Of a stretch of DNA of 64,000 bases, positions 11,196-25,982 are shown piece by piece. Source of the stretch: Chrysomallon squamiferum (lineage: Eukaryota > Animalia > Mollusca); contig CM022665.1 in the NCBI GenBank assembly GCA_012295275.1, positions 29,760,001 through 29,824,000 of the forward strand, given 5' to 3'. Under the pieces are notes generated by a model. That model ran no database searches, had not been told where the DNA came from, and was given only the letters and a program-made list of their open reading frames with translations. The translations under genes were made by a program, and so were the position numbers. The first letter of the stretch is position 1. Every line of letters begins with the position of its first letter.

Positions 11196-13985
11196 CTGAA
11201 CTGAACTGAACTTTTATTTACACTCAGGACGTATCACATGAGGACACATTCATACAAAATTCAATATAATTATAACAGTTATAACAATGTGGTGGATTTA
11301 CAATAATACACATAATAATAAAAAATATATATATACAGTATATATTATCACTGTATCAGCCAGAGAATTTAAAAAAAAAGAGTCACGATTAGATTACAGA
11401 AAATAGAAAGTTTTCTAAGGACACCAGCCTTTTCACAGTTAAATAATTTATAAAACTTATAAATGCTTGGCTTAGATTGGTTTAGGTAATGGTTCCTTTG
11501 ATTCTCAAAAAACATACATGTAAATATATATTGAAACTTATATCCGATGTCATAGTTATTACACGTGTTTTCTAATTGTATATTTTTAGACAATGGATAT
11601 AACGTGTTTTCTAATTGTATATTTTTTCATCTTCCCGATTCAATAGAAAGATTATGATTTAAAAGTCTAAACCGTAACAGTGGGCACCAGTATTTTCTCT
11701 CGAATGTGACAGTATCTTTAAATAGTTTATAATTTGAAGCTTTGGACGAGTTATCAGTGAAAGCGTATCAGTATTGTAAATATTGATCTATAAGCCTTGA
11801 GTTAAAATGCATGATTTTTTAACATAGTGATACTATTACACTGTGATAACCACTTATGTGTACAGCCAACATCATCGAGAATAGATTTAACATGCAATAT
11901 CCATTTGTGATTTAAAATGTTATTGTTAACGTTATTCTGTAGTAGTCTGTACACTAGTAATGATAATTTAGACTGCTTTCCCATTCTTACTTTTACTTTT
12001 ACAGTAGTATATACTGGATAACGTCCAAGTTCTCCATTTAATAAGTACAATGGAGTAAATTTCCTTACAGGTAATAACAATTTCATAAACTAGTTACGTC
12101 ATTTTTTCAGTAATGACAAATTTTTAAATCCCCAAATTTCGCTATCATGTAGAAAAACAGGTAAAACCCTGCAGTCAAATTAATTTTAGTTGGCGCAGGA
12201 TAAAAAAAAAATTCGACATCTTCCTTGTCGTAGAATGAAATACATAGTCGTCTGTGCTTGTATGTGTAACATTTTGTTTTTCTTAGTAAATCTGTTCGAA
12301 TTGTGAAAAATAATGTCGAGATATTTATAACTTTCTACATTATAAAGATTTTTTTCAAGATAAAACACTGTTTGTAATTTTTGTGGTTGTCATTAACAGT
12401 TAAGACTTTAGCTTTTTTTTTTTACAGTTTACTATTAGTTTCCATTTAGTGCACTAAGAATCAAAAACATTTAAAGATTTTTTTTTTTGTATTTCTTGGT
12501 AATTATCTGCAAGGAGTACAGTGTCATCAGTATAGAGTAAAACAAAAATAACAACTGATGTATGTATCAAAGAATCTCGTCTATGTTTATGCCCTGACAG
12601 TCATTAATTTCAAATATATCTTCTGTATGCAATGAGAATAGTAAAGGAGATACATTTTCTCCTTGTCTAACACGAACACAACAAGAGAAGTAGTCTGTTA
12701 ATGAGTTATGTGCTCTGACACAAAATTTTATATTTTGATACATATTGTAAATTACTTGGAAACATTTGCCATTAATACCTTTATGGATTATTTTTCACCA
12801 AAGTCCTTTTGTCCACACTGACTCAAAAGCTTTGTTTAAATCTATAAAGGTACAAAAAAGTGTTTTCTTCCGTGCTTTCATCAGTTCAATTAATCCGTAT
12901 AGTGTAAAAATGTGGTCATTTGTACCATAACCTTTCCTAAATCTTGCGTGAACTTCAGATAGTATATCATTTGTTTCAAGATACAACTTTAGTCTATTAT
13001 TTAACACAGCGGTAAAGAGTTTACCGAGGCAAGTAAGTAAAGTAATAGGTCTATAGTTGTCTGGATTAGTTTTATCATCACTTTTATAAATTGGCTTGAT
13101 TATACCAACTAACCATGAGTCAGAAAAGATACCATTTTCAAACACTAAATTAAAACGTTTGACGTTTACATGTATTGTACAATCAACAGTTTGATTAATA
13201 TATTCATTTATAATACTGTCTAGACCCGAAGCTTTCACGAATAAGTTACTGATGCTGTTCACTGTGGCGTTAAGTTGTTCATGTGAAAAAAAGATTCACT
13301 TAGCTTATCTAAATCCGAGATAATATTCGTGATAGTTTCTTTATTTATATTTTCACTGTATTTGTCAGCCAGATGTTTATTTCATTTTCGGAACTTCAGT
13401 TCATTTTCTTCACAATCGTTTACTTGTTGTTTCGTTTTTAAACCTCTGAAGCAAATAATAATTGAGCAATGAATGCCCGAATTTCAAGTATCAAAATCAA
13501 GAACTTCAAATTTTGAGATTTTCTGTAATCCGCATAGTGAGGCTGCAGCATAATCCACAACACCTTTTCCCTTACAAGTAATTTTACCAACATTTTTATC
13601 ATTACCAGCTCTTCCGTTTAAAATATACATATAGTTATTTTTACAAAATTCAATAAGTTTATATCCATGACTATTTGGCTTACCAGTACCCTGACTTTTT
13701 CTTTCTAGAGAAATTCCTAAATTTAGCAGATTGCTTGGATCGTTCATAAAATTAAATAACTCATCTAAAAAATCTATCATGTTAACTGGTTCATTATTAC
13801 ATATTACATAATCTGGGAGTCTCTGTGTTCTCCATTTCTCTTATTTGTGTATATTGTATAACCTGATATTTCTACCGTATCAGTATCATCAAGTTCTACT
13901 AAACACAAAATATCATACTGATTAAAACAAAACAAAATCGTGTATAGAGTTTAGTTTTCAGGCCACAGAGATTTAAAAATACAAT
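11196..13985 (-). mobile_element. Decayed non-LTR retrotransposon (APE endonuclease + reverse transcriptase), RTE-X-like LINE
   Basis: Fragmented ORF2: APE pieces (FLNLCGL; NSHG..LIEFCK...ILNGR...VVDY, 13484-13780); RT pieces (W..GIIKPIYK...PDNYRPITLL...GKLF...FIDLNKAFESVW, 12795-13262; VRQGENVSPLLFSL ~12640-12675; YTDD 12523-12534; YKYL; GELGRYP); C-terminal Cys-rich region. The 3' end is AATAAA (11213-11218) plus a (TTCAG)3 tail. Many stops and frameshifts. Confidence 0.9.
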
Positions 13986-15353
13986 ATTTTCAGAGTCAGA
14001 AGTGTTAACTGTGTGACAGTGCTGGTTCGATACTTGAGTCAGTTCATCTTGATTGTCGCCAGTGTCGACCCTGCGGCTGATCCAGGCACGCTCTTCAGTG
14101 GGCGAGGTGTAACTGCAGGGTCGCTGGTTCGGATTTACAATCTGTGGGGTGCAAATGTTCGATGCGTTATGTCTACCTTGTGTTTGACACAGTTGTGTGT
14201 TTATATAATACAACTGCAGTCTCAGTTTGCTACTGGTTAAGCTTTCGGATTTAAATTTGTATATATACTGGGATCGTATACAGATAGAGACTTTCGCAGA
14301 GCTGATTGTGGACGTTTACAACAACAGCAGCAACAACAACAACAACAAAACTAATACTACTACTAATAATAACAACAATAATTAGTCTTCTATTTAATTC
14401 TAATTCTCTGAAGATGTCTTCGCAGAGTTATCCCAGACCGCGCCGTCAGGTTACAGTGAACAGAAACAGATTTCAAATGGTTGATTCACAAAACATTGTC
14501 ATAATAAACTTGACATAATAAACATGCAGTGATAAACTGTGGAAGAATATTAGTGTAACTAATTACTAGGATCTTCTTCTTCATTTTTTTCTCTTTTTTT
14601 TTTTTTTTTTTTTCGTGGAGGGCGGTGTATCCTAAACGTAGGAATGTTGTTTCTTTAAACAATTCATTACAAGTAACCTTAAGCTACTTTTCTTTTGGCG
14701 TAACAAACTACATATACACGATTTATAGATGATTTATTCAGCAAATTATTACAATGGTTGATATACAGAAAAAAATATGACGTTAATGCTCATAGATCAG
14801 TCAGGTAATCTCAATTTAATCAGTTGCACTCTGCAACGATTATTCTCTTAAGAAGTTAGTGAAATACAAAAACACTGCGGGTTTTTGGCGCCGCGAAAAT
14901 GAGCAAGTGACGAGAGACTTGAGTTAGATGACATCCACTCAAATCAACAAGTCTGGAAACTTTCTCGAGAGGAACTGAACCCGCTGATCATTAGAATGCC
15001 AATTAATCGCCGTGACCAATCGGCCTGGTTGACGGCTTGATCGAAATAATGAAGAGACGACGGTCACGGAATTGAAAGAAGCCGTAACGAGAAAGATACA
15101 TAGCGCACATGTGCGAATCTCTTTGATTTTCAGAGACAGATTTCGATTCGCGGTCCTCGGAAATCGCATGATGAATAGACTTAATCTTGGAGTCCAAACT
15201 AAATCGTAGTTGTCAAGATTCATCAAGTCTGAAAACTAGTACACTCTAAAGTGTAAAACTTTAGTATATCAAAGAATCCATTCTAATAGTACATCAGAAC
15301 ATGCAGTACATTCTTACTATCACACAAACATAGAAACATTTACCCAGACAAAT

Positions 15354-15506
15354 ACACACACACACACACACACACACATACATACATACATACATACATA
15401 CATACATACATACATACATACATACATAAATACATAAATACATACATACATACATACATACATACATACATAAATAAATACATACATACATAAATACATA
15501 CATACA

Positions 15507-15538
<32 letters not shown>

Positions 15539-15698
15539 CATACATACATACATAAATACATACATACATACATACATACATAAATACATACATACATATA
15601 CATACAATACATACATACAAACATACATACATAAATACATACATACATACATACATACATACATACATACATACATACATACATACATACATACATAA

Positions 15699-15731
<33 letters not shown>

Positions 15732-15830
15732 TACATACATACATACATACATACATACATACCTGTATGCATAGATTCATACATACATAGATACATATAA
15801 ACACATACATACATACGCACATACGTACAT
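15354..15830. repeat. (CA)n followed by a long (TACA)n microsatellite
   Basis: Directly visible; it generates the MYVC repeat ORFs. Confidence 0.95.
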
Positions 15831-16586
15831 TACAGATAGATACACACATACATACATGCATGTATAGCCTACAGGCATAAAACACTGTACCCTTCACACA
15901 CATTTACATTCATAGACACCAACACATCTGCACACAACAATGTCTGTCTCTACGCAAACTGCGTCATTAGTTACATTTTTAGAATGACTCGAGATTCTAA
16001 ATATCATTAATCCGCTAATAAAATAAAATAAAAACCTGTGTTGTTTTTAGCCAGCAGTGCTTCGTTTCTTACATAACTGCTTCGTAAGTCAATGGCAGTG
16101 TAATAGTCTTACTTGCGATGTTGTTAAAAAATATTCATATTCATTACTGAGACGTGATTATTTTATCGATTTTTTCTGACGAGATATATTCTTTTGTAAT
16201 CAAACCTGATATGGATTTAACTTTATGATTATAACTTGAAATGTCATCTCTCGTAGAGAGCTAAAAATCAATGAGATTTTATATTTATCAAAATACCTCT
16301 CTTGTGCAGAAAGAGTTTTTGAATATTGTAATTTTTCTACGGTGCAGTTCGAAAAGGTATACAGAACAGAATGTAACTTCCGTAATGTTCACAGATAAAA
16401 ATAGGTACAATGGGCATCCTTTTCTATTGTCATAACTGTTGTAGTAGTTGTTGATATTGTTTAATAGCAGTAGCAGCAGCAGCAGCAGCAGAAGTAGTAG
16501 TAGTGGTAGTAATGACAGAGGTATTATTATTATTATTATTATTACTGTAGCGTTCCTATTCTTTTTTTTATCATCATCTTCTTCTT

Positions 16587-16617
<31 letters not shown>

Positions 16618-18986
16618 TTATTTTTATTATTATTATTATTGGTCTGTGGCTGTACTTCAGGTGTGAACGTATGTTGTTGTCTTATTTTTCTGTTGTTTTG
16701 GGGTTTTTTTTAAACTTCTGAAACGTATACGCGTATCTTTGAACACAATACATCAGATGTCACTGGACCCTCCATACTGCATGTAATTTTTAAAATAATT
16801 TATAAGAAAAACACCTTTGTCGCCATGGCAACTTTAATCAGTTCTTGTTATTTGTTGTCATCATTTTTTTTTTTTCCTCTTAATCTTCTTCAGACCTACT
16901 TCTTCTGTGATACGTTGTAAAAAATAATCAATATGTTTTATTTGCAAAAAAAAAAAAAAAAAAAAAAAAAAGGCGGTGACGTATAACGTGACATTTGAAA
17001 ACTCATTAACAATCACGATTTTAACATTAGTTAATTTATAAATAAAATCATTTTACTTTGAAACATTGCAGTTTTCAGTTGCAGGTTAATGAAGACCATT
17101 AACGTTTGTAGTTTATGGATTTAAAGATGAGTTATTACTCCACAGACTTGTATTATAAACCATTGTTCTTCGGCTAGTCGGTGAAAGCCCAAACGAACTC
17201 GAATAAAGATGGCGGCGTTCAGGTTATTACGTTATTTTGACGCCCACAACTAGTTATAAATGATCTTTCCTACAACGTAGATTTAATTTTACGATAACTT
17301 ACTGACGCAAACAAATCCTGTTCCCAGGTAAATGTTAGATCTAAATGATCCTCTAGATATTTAGAAATTTCTTTGGTGACATATGATGTATAGGCAGATC
17401 AAAGATTTTATAAAAAATAAAAAATAAGGCGCTTGAAATGAGTTCCATTATAAATAATGATAATAATAATGATGATGATGACTACAACAACAACAATAAT
17501 AATAATACCATCGATTAAAAAGGTAATAATAAGTGGATCAGTTGGTAAAATTTGAGGTCATATTCATCAGAGAATTTTCATTTTTACGCTTAATTGCGGT
17601 CGGTGTAAAAATAGACCTAGTAGATAAAATGAGAGATATAATTAGATAGACAGACAGCTAGATACATAGTCAGATAGATATATAGGCAGGCAAATACTTA
17701 GATAGAAAGAGACAAATAGGCTGACAGACAGACTGACAACAGACATGTCGATAGATCGATAGACAAACAAACAGCTATATATATATTTATAGACTGGTAA
17801 TCGGAGACAGAGAGAGAGAGAAAGAGAGAGACTCGGTATTTTAAACTATGAGTCTATATTATATTTGTTGTATCGGTATTCTGCATGTTAAAGATTTAAC
17901 ATATTATTTTAGAAGAAAGTTAATTTCGTGACGTCTGCTGTTGGGAGTCATAACACTACGGATGTAATTATAACTGACTGCAGTCTCATTTGACAGGTAC
18001 CGGCAACAATGTAATCAGCGGTGTAACTGACGTCATTTTCTATTAGTTAAAGACAAGTAAAAAAAAATATACATCTTATCTTGACCACAGAAGTTACTAA
18101 TTAACTTTTCAGAATCCAGATATGTTCATTTTCTGGGAAAAGATTATCAAAAGAGCTAAGCAAAAATATACGTAAATACACGACTGTTCAGTTTTTTATG
18201 TTCATCACTGGTACTTGCTTTCATTTGTATACTTATGTTCCAAAGGCTAGAGGATATATATATGGGCACTTGTTATCTATGAGGTTTAATATATTTATGT
18301 TCTTAATACTGAAGGTAGTGTTTTATATGTATATTCGATTGATATACTATTATTATTATTATTATTTTTTTTTTTTTTTTTTTTTTTATTGTTGTTTTCT
18401 TAGTTTCTGTCTTTAATAATTTTATTATTTCCTCTTCAGTTTTAATATTATATATTTATATTTGTTTAATTACTTCTATTTTCCAAACACCTTTACAATT
18501 TGTTCATTAGTTATACTGTTGCTGGTTATGGCTAACTTCATTATAACTGTCTGTCCTCCTGAATTAAATTCTTATGTATCATTAACTTCACTATAATATT
18601 TCACGTAAAACTAAATATTTTTATCTTCGTATTAGTAATGTAAAATGTTTTAACTCAGATTTATTCAGTGTGAAAGACTGTTCCCTGACATTGTTAAGAC
18701 TGCTCGTGTTTTTAGTGCTTGAAACGAAGTATGACATTGATTTGTAATACAGACAGCTCCATTAAAACTGTTTGTGGGCGATCGTTCATGTAACAGAATT
18801 AATTTAAAAAAAATATATTAAAATAAAAAAATATATTATATATAGATTCAGAATCAAATTGTTTATTTGTTTGTTTGCTTTGTTATATCCTCCTTGTCTC
18901 TTATTTATGTTGAATAATTTTATAGCTGAATGTTTTATCAGCGTATTGCCAGTTAGTTCATTCTCTTTTTGTTGTTATTCATCTTT

Positions 18987-19021
<35 letters not shown>

Positions 19022-19858
19022 GCAATTATTAGCACTGTTGTTATTGTTGTCATCGTAGTCATCGTTGTCGTCGTCGTAATGAGGTTATGGATTTTCGTGG
19101 TTATTTTATTTTTCATCAGGGAGAGAATCAGAATTCCAGATTTTGTTTCAGTGATTTTATTATATAATTCATATAAAATATTGCCAAGGGTTTACTCTTC
19201 GAAGATTTTATTATCTTATTACTTAATTTGCTTCCCGTTGTAATTTAATTTAACCAACAAAGTAAATTTTCATTCGTTTATTTTTTATTGCTTGCGTTAT
19301 TTGGTAGCATCACGTTCATGGTCACTATGGTCGTCGACATCGTCAACATCTTCATCGTCATCATCGTTATTATTATTATTATTATCATTATTACTGCTGT
19401 TCTTACAGATACAGTAATAAGCCAAAACGTGCATTACTAAATATAATATAATAAATATTTTAATGTCCGAGATGGACTGCCATGTTATGTACAGAAATTA
19501 AAAACGTATCTCTTTTATTAGAGAGCTGGAAACAGATACTTCCACCATTAGCTATCCGGAAACGGTTTCATGTACAGCGTCGTGTCAACGATTTGTTTGT
19601 TTAATTACACCCAGACCTGAAAATCATTACTCACAGTCCATGTGAGAAACCGAATACTAGTATCCTGTCGCAGATATGATATTTATTTACTATTAATACT
19701 ATAACTACCACTGCTTTAATTGCTGCTCTTCGTGCTGATGCTGATGCTGTTGTCGCTGCTGATTTTTATTATACTCTAATTTATTACAGCTTACTTGCGT
19801 GTGCTGTTGGGTTCATATTAACAAAGCCATCATGCTAATTCAAAATTCTAGGCTGATT

Positions 19859-19954
<96 letters not shown>

Positions 19955-21562
19955 TATTTATTGTTATTTTTGTTTCTTTTTTTCTTTTTTCTGTTGATGT
20001 TTTGGGGTTTTTATTTGTTTTGTTTTTTGGGTTATTTTGTTGTTGTTGTCGCTCTCGGGTTACACCTCTTTATTACACAGTCTGGAAAAATAACAGTCAA
20101 CAAATTCACATCATGAAGGTAATTGTAAATGTTTGTAACGTGACAGGCGAGATCTTAATATTTAGGCAACAAAAACTGGTCTCTTCGTCAGCGATAACAT
20201 TCGGATGATATAAATGTTATTAAGACTGTGACAAAAACGGAATTGACTGAAAAGTTCACTGGCCTCAACGGACCATTGTGAGCTCCAATGATTATATGTT
20301 AACAGAGACAAACAGAAATTCCGCATTTCTCTTATTAAATTATCTTTGTCGGTAAACCGTCATCTAATCAACTATTTGTCGATCCAGCTTCTTGTTGCGG
20401 CTCCAGAGAACACGGCGTACACAAACAAGTGAAGTTGCAAGTTGCCTTGAAATTGTGACAAAATGACCCAAAGGTAAAAAAAAAACAAAAAAAAAAAAAA
20501 AAAAAAACCCCCAGGTATATGAAATGTTCTTTAATTCAAAAAGAGGAATGAATAATATATAAACAAATTCTTTGTTTTATTTTATTTTGTTTTATTTTTT
20601 ATTTTATTTTATTTTTTTTAATTTTATTTTTTTATTTATTTTTTTTTTTTTTTGTTTTGTTTTTTATTTTATTTTTTTTTGTTTTATTTTTTTTTATTTC
20701 ATTATTTTTTTTTTTTATTCCTTCTTTTATTCAATCATTCTTTTTGTTTTTTGATATATGGCATTACATAAATATCGAAATAGTGGTTTCTTTGTTTCCT
20801 TTTGCCTTTTGCTGCTATTTCTTTTTAACTGTTTTTCTTCCCCTTCCCCAGTTTTGAGAAGCAGTCATGGTAACAGCAGTAGTAACTGTAACAGTAGTAG
20901 TAGAACGAGGAGTAACAGCAGCAGTAGCAGTAGCAGCAGTAAATTTAACAGCAATAACAAATAAATAAATAAATAAATAAAGGTACTCATCAAGATATGA
21001 GTTTTTCAGGCGACGTCCATTCGGTCTGAAAGAAATTTTTAGTATGTCTTCCCATCATTTCCCGCACATCGTGCATGCGCATTCTTATGAAAAAATCATA
21101 AAATCAAACCTGTGATAACGGAGTCAAAAGATGGAAGTATCTTCGTTTTAAAACCGCCTTCATTCTTTCAAAACCGCTGAAATATTTATGACCACCAATA
21201 TGCTGTTGAGAGATTACATTTTATGGACGAGACCAATTTAGATTCGGAGTCCGTCATTAAGATGCTCGGTTTACTGATAAAAATAATTATTAATTTTTAG
21301 CGCTCCAGGCTGTTACATGCCCTTACGTTTGCGTCATTGCACCAACTGCCGTCTTATTTAATCACGGAGAATTATTCTCCTACACGACTGCAGTTATGCT
21401 ATTTCCAAGTCTCTGTCGATTTTCCAGTGCGTGAGAGCTACGATGAAACATCGAAAAAAGCACGAAGTAACAGTAAGTGTTAAGAAGCACGCTAAATTGA
21501 TATACTTGTATACACAAGACGTAAACGCTAATGGATGTAACCAGCGAAATATGACCATTAAA

Positions 21563-21606
<44 letters not shown>

Positions 21607-22337
21607 ATAATAAGAAAAACAAGACGATGAAAAAAAGATAAGCTAAAAGCATCAGAAAAATCATTTTTGATGTATGGTATTTTAATTTGTTTTCTCCTTT
21701 GTTTTTTCTTCTTGTTGATTCTGAAAGGAAATTACACATTAACAATGCACAAACCGAGATGATAATTATTATTTAACTTTTTTTGAAAATGCTGTGCATT
21801 TGTTATTGTTTTCTACATATATATTAAAAAAAAAAATTGTTTCTGAAGTTCAGTGTCGTATTTTCGAATCAGTTGTAGTTTAGGGTTAAAAAAAACAATT
21901 AAAGAATGTATCACCTATATCAACAATGTCACGAAAACATCAACAACAACAGCAATTACAACTACATCTACAACAACAACACAATACTACTAATAATAAC
22001 AATAGCAATAATAACAAACAACATCAGTAAGAAGAAGCAGCATTTGAAGAAGAAGTTAAAATACTACGAATAAAGATTTTCGTATTTTATTCTTATTAAC
22101 GGTAATAATGTAATATATTTTTATACTGATATGGTGATACCATGTATAACATAATACAGTAGAATTTATTAACATGTCGTGCTTACACTATAGTTTTATG
22201 TACATCAAAGACTTAAATGCTGCTTAGAAAGTGTTCAGAATAAAAACGTTCTTGAATAATTAATGATGACAATAATGTCGTTACCGACTAAAAAATAATT
22301 TATTTACGAATCAATGCTTGTGCTGCTTTGATGTCTC

Positions 22338-22379
<42 letters not shown>

Positions 22380-22443
22380 CAGGAAAGAAATTGATTTCAG
22401 ACAACAATATCATTTGATTGTCATAGTGTGGAAATACTGAATT

Positions 22444-22496
<53 letters not shown>

Positions 22497-22689
22497 CTCA
22501 GAATCTTATTTAATGAACACATAATAAAATTATGCAGGTTTCAAACACTATTATTGTATTGTTTTTATTATTATTATTATTATTGGTAGTTTAATTCTTG
22601 TATAGATACATTTCACAAGCGTTTGACATAGAATGCAAGAATGAACCAAAGAAAAATATTAATACTGAGGTATGAAATCGAGAATACAA

Positions 22690-22896
22690 CCACAGTCGTC
22701 ACTACTGTTACCACTACCACCAATACCGCGGCTACTGCTACTAATACTGTTATTACTAACATTAATACTACTAATACTACTATTGTTACGACTATTATCG
22801 CTAATAATAACATTAATTCTACTATTACTACTACTAATGCTAACACTAATACTGCTGCTACTACTACTACTACTAATGCTAACACTAATACTGCTG

Positions 22897-22931
<35 letters not shown>

Positions 22932-22997
22932 GCTACTACTGCTACTACTACTGCTACTATTACTACTACTACTACTACTACTACTAGCAACAATAAC
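22690..22997. repeat. Imperfect (ACT)n trinucleotide repeat
   Basis: Directly visible; it generates the poly-T/L/V ORFs. Confidence 0.9.
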
Positions 22998-24635
22998 ACC
23001 TCTCCTACGACCGCGCCACTATTTGATCAAAATAATTATTTGTCAAAAGCCATGGTGTGTTATTTCCTATGAACGGATAGGTGTATGCCAAAAATATATA
23101 TATATAAATATATATATTCTGTTAATCGATAAAAGTAGCCATTATAAATATAGCACAAGATTGAAACATTAATAACTATGATGACGTAAACATTACCTCA
23201 GCCAATGTCTGATAGAGACTAGCATTAAAAAACACACACACACACACACACACATTGCCTACAATTAATATCTAATTTCTATTCAACTGAGTAGGACTTT
23301 GCATACATTATTTACTTTCTTAGTACAGAAGATATAGATTCTAGACAAGTTAGAAAGAATCGAAAACAGATTATGAAAACAATTTGAATACCAAAACAGC
23401 ATTTAATAAAAATATATGACACCAAACCATGCTTACATGTTCGTTAAATACACAAAATTATATATATATATATTGAACAGTTCATGTTATTTTCCGCTCT
23501 TTAAACATTTCCTTTTAAATTATTTCTTTTGTCCCTTTGTTTTCTTATATATATTTTTTTCTTCTTTATTCTCCCATTCCTTCTTTCTCTCTAGCCAGTA
23601 TTGTTACCTGTGTTTTGTTTCCCTCAGGTAAGCGACGCGGCTATTTATATACGTTTCATTTACAAGCTATTTTCTGTTAGCTACAGCCGAGGTTTCATGG
23701 CTTACTGCAGAATCTAAGACCGAGATAAGCTCTGTAGGCAGACGTCGATATTTACTTTATTTGTGGATAATGCTCGCTCGCATCCCGGAGATACCAATTA
23801 CAAAGCCTTTGAACGGCTGCGCTCATTCCAAGTACTAAATATGTCGTACAAATAGACTGACGGACAGAAGGACAGGTGAACAGAATGTTTTAATGAATTA
23901 AACGACCGCTGGAAAGACGAGTGTGCCTGGAGGAACGACTTAATAGATGGTTTCACGCAGCTGAAAGAAGGATTGACGAAACAAAACGGATCCTTGATGA
24001 ATATATTTCTTGTAAGATGGTTTATACTGTGAATGAAAAATAACATTTTGTTCAAAATATTTCACAGGATGAGTAATATGAAATGCATGTGAATACTGTT
24101 TTGTTTATGTGAAATAAAAAAAAAGTAAATTATAATACCTGTCTAGTCTCTCGATCTGTTTCTTCTATTCATTTATCTATCTATCTATCTATCTATTTAT
24201 TTATTTATCTATCAGTCTATCAAGCTGTCTATCTGTCTATACACACAAACACACACACACACACACAGAGTTTTATTCGGATTGAGAAGCAGCGAATAAA
24301 GGAAATTAAGATGGGTAAAATCACATTATGAAGCAATGATAAAACATTGTCATTATGAAGTTACGGGTTATAATATTTTGTAATACTTTTTACTATTTAA
24401 TCATCTCTGAAGCATAAATAAAATACATATATTTTTTTAATTGTTATTCGCCAAATTTCGATCTACAACGAAAGGATCCAAAGGAAACAACAGCCAGTAA
24501 CGAAAGAACCAAGTTATCGATAGTGTACTGAAACAGCGAATTAAAAACAAAATCCTCCAGTTTAAGTGATGGACAGGAAAATAATGTAAACGTTTACAAA
24601 ACCATTACGCAGTGATATTTAAATGTTTATGGTAC

Positions 24636-24650
24636 TATATATATATATAT

Positions 24651-24743
<93 letters not shown>
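24636..24743. repeat. (TA)n-(GA)n compound microsatellite
   Basis: Directly visible. Other (GA)n/(CT)n runs occur at ~19862, 28152, 29402, 37444 and 46729. Confidence 0.95.
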
Positions 24744-24748
<5 letters not shown>

Positions 24749-25785
24749 CAAATTTCGAAGGCCATTGTGATGAACATACCATTAGCTAAGTGAAAGTATG
24801 TCTACGAGAAAAAACAAAAAAAATAAGGGTATTGACTTGGCAGAACTCGCGAAACACTGGACATGAAAGACAATGTAAGAAAGTTAGAATTCCTCGCAAT
24901 TAGTAATCTGAGTAGGCTGACAATGTCACTGTGGTTTCAAACCTATTAAACCATTGTCTTTACTGAGCATACGGTCTAGAACTCAGGTCATACATGCCAA
25001 AAGCGGACATGGACCACTGAGGTATAACTTAACACCTTTTCAAGGTATTAAAAATTAGATTATATATATCTGGCAGTTATGGATTAGAAATTGCAAACAT
25101 TTTCCTGCAATATTTCTACTGTTATGAAGTAAAAAGTTTAAATCTAAAATAAATTGCAAAATTATTAACTAAGAGAGATTAAAAAAACAAACACTTGTTA
25201 CCAAAGATTATGGGTTATCTAACATAGGTGGTTATATTTTTGTTTATTGAAATATTTATTTATATTTGGATTTACTTCGTAACTTCAAAATTCAACTCAA
25301 AGTTTTGATGTCAGTTCTGAAGACGTGTTTAGAACCGATGATCACAGTCAAATGACAATAATTCAGTTGTTCATTTGTGCATGCCGCGATTATCGAATTT
25401 CCTTCACTACAGCTTAACATGTGGAAAAACAATCACTCTGCTGTATTACAACAAACCAAGAATAGACCAGCGTGTTATCACACCCACAAATATTAATGTC
25501 TTTAACAACCTCTTCACATATTAGTGAATTCAGTGATTTTCTTTTTCAATATTCTTATCTGCTACTACTTCAGCAGATATTAATATCTTCAGCAGCTTTT
25601 TCAAGTGTTCTTGCGTAAGTTACTTCTTCAAATGTTAATATTTTCTACAACTTCAAATGTTCTTAAATTATTTTCACCCTCGTTCACAGTTTAATTTTCC
25701 TCTTTTTTCCTTTTTGTTTCTTCTTTTTTCGTTTCTTAATTTTTGCTTTAGTTCAGACAGTACATCCGACTATAACACATCACGT

Positions 25786-25982
25786 ATGATGTATGTATGT
25801 ATGTATGTATGTATGTATGTATGTATGTATGTATGGATGGATGAAAGGATCGATGGATGGATGAATGGATGGATATATTAATAGATGGATGGACGGATGG
25901 ATGCATACATACATACAAGCATGTGTGTATGTACGTACGTACGTATGTATGCATGCATGCATGCATGCATGCATGTATGTAC
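25786..25982. repeat. Compound tetranucleotide repeats (TATG)n/(GATG)n/(TGCA)n
   Basis: Directly visible. Confidence 0.9.

Noticed and set aside
14015-14045. GGTTCGATAC B-box-like motif suggesting a tRNA
   Set aside because: No cloverleaf can be folded, and it lies at the 5' flank of the LINE remnant.
15294-15903. Long MYVC-repeat ORFs (also the YYTIL, RE/SL, poly-F, poly-N and poly-Y ORFs elsewhere)
   Set aside because: Stop-free frames created by microsatellites or low-complexity T-rich DNA.
17206-17253. AAGATGGCGGCG, a YY1 or start-codon-like motif
   Set aside because: The frame stops after 14 codons. Similar AAGATGGC motifs at ~36378, 48864-48876, 49327 and 55019 look repeat-associated, so no gene can be supported.
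22613-23172. Thr-rich mucin-like and poly-Leu/Val ORFs
   Set aside because: They are translations of an (ACT)n repeat in several frames, with no supporting exon structure.
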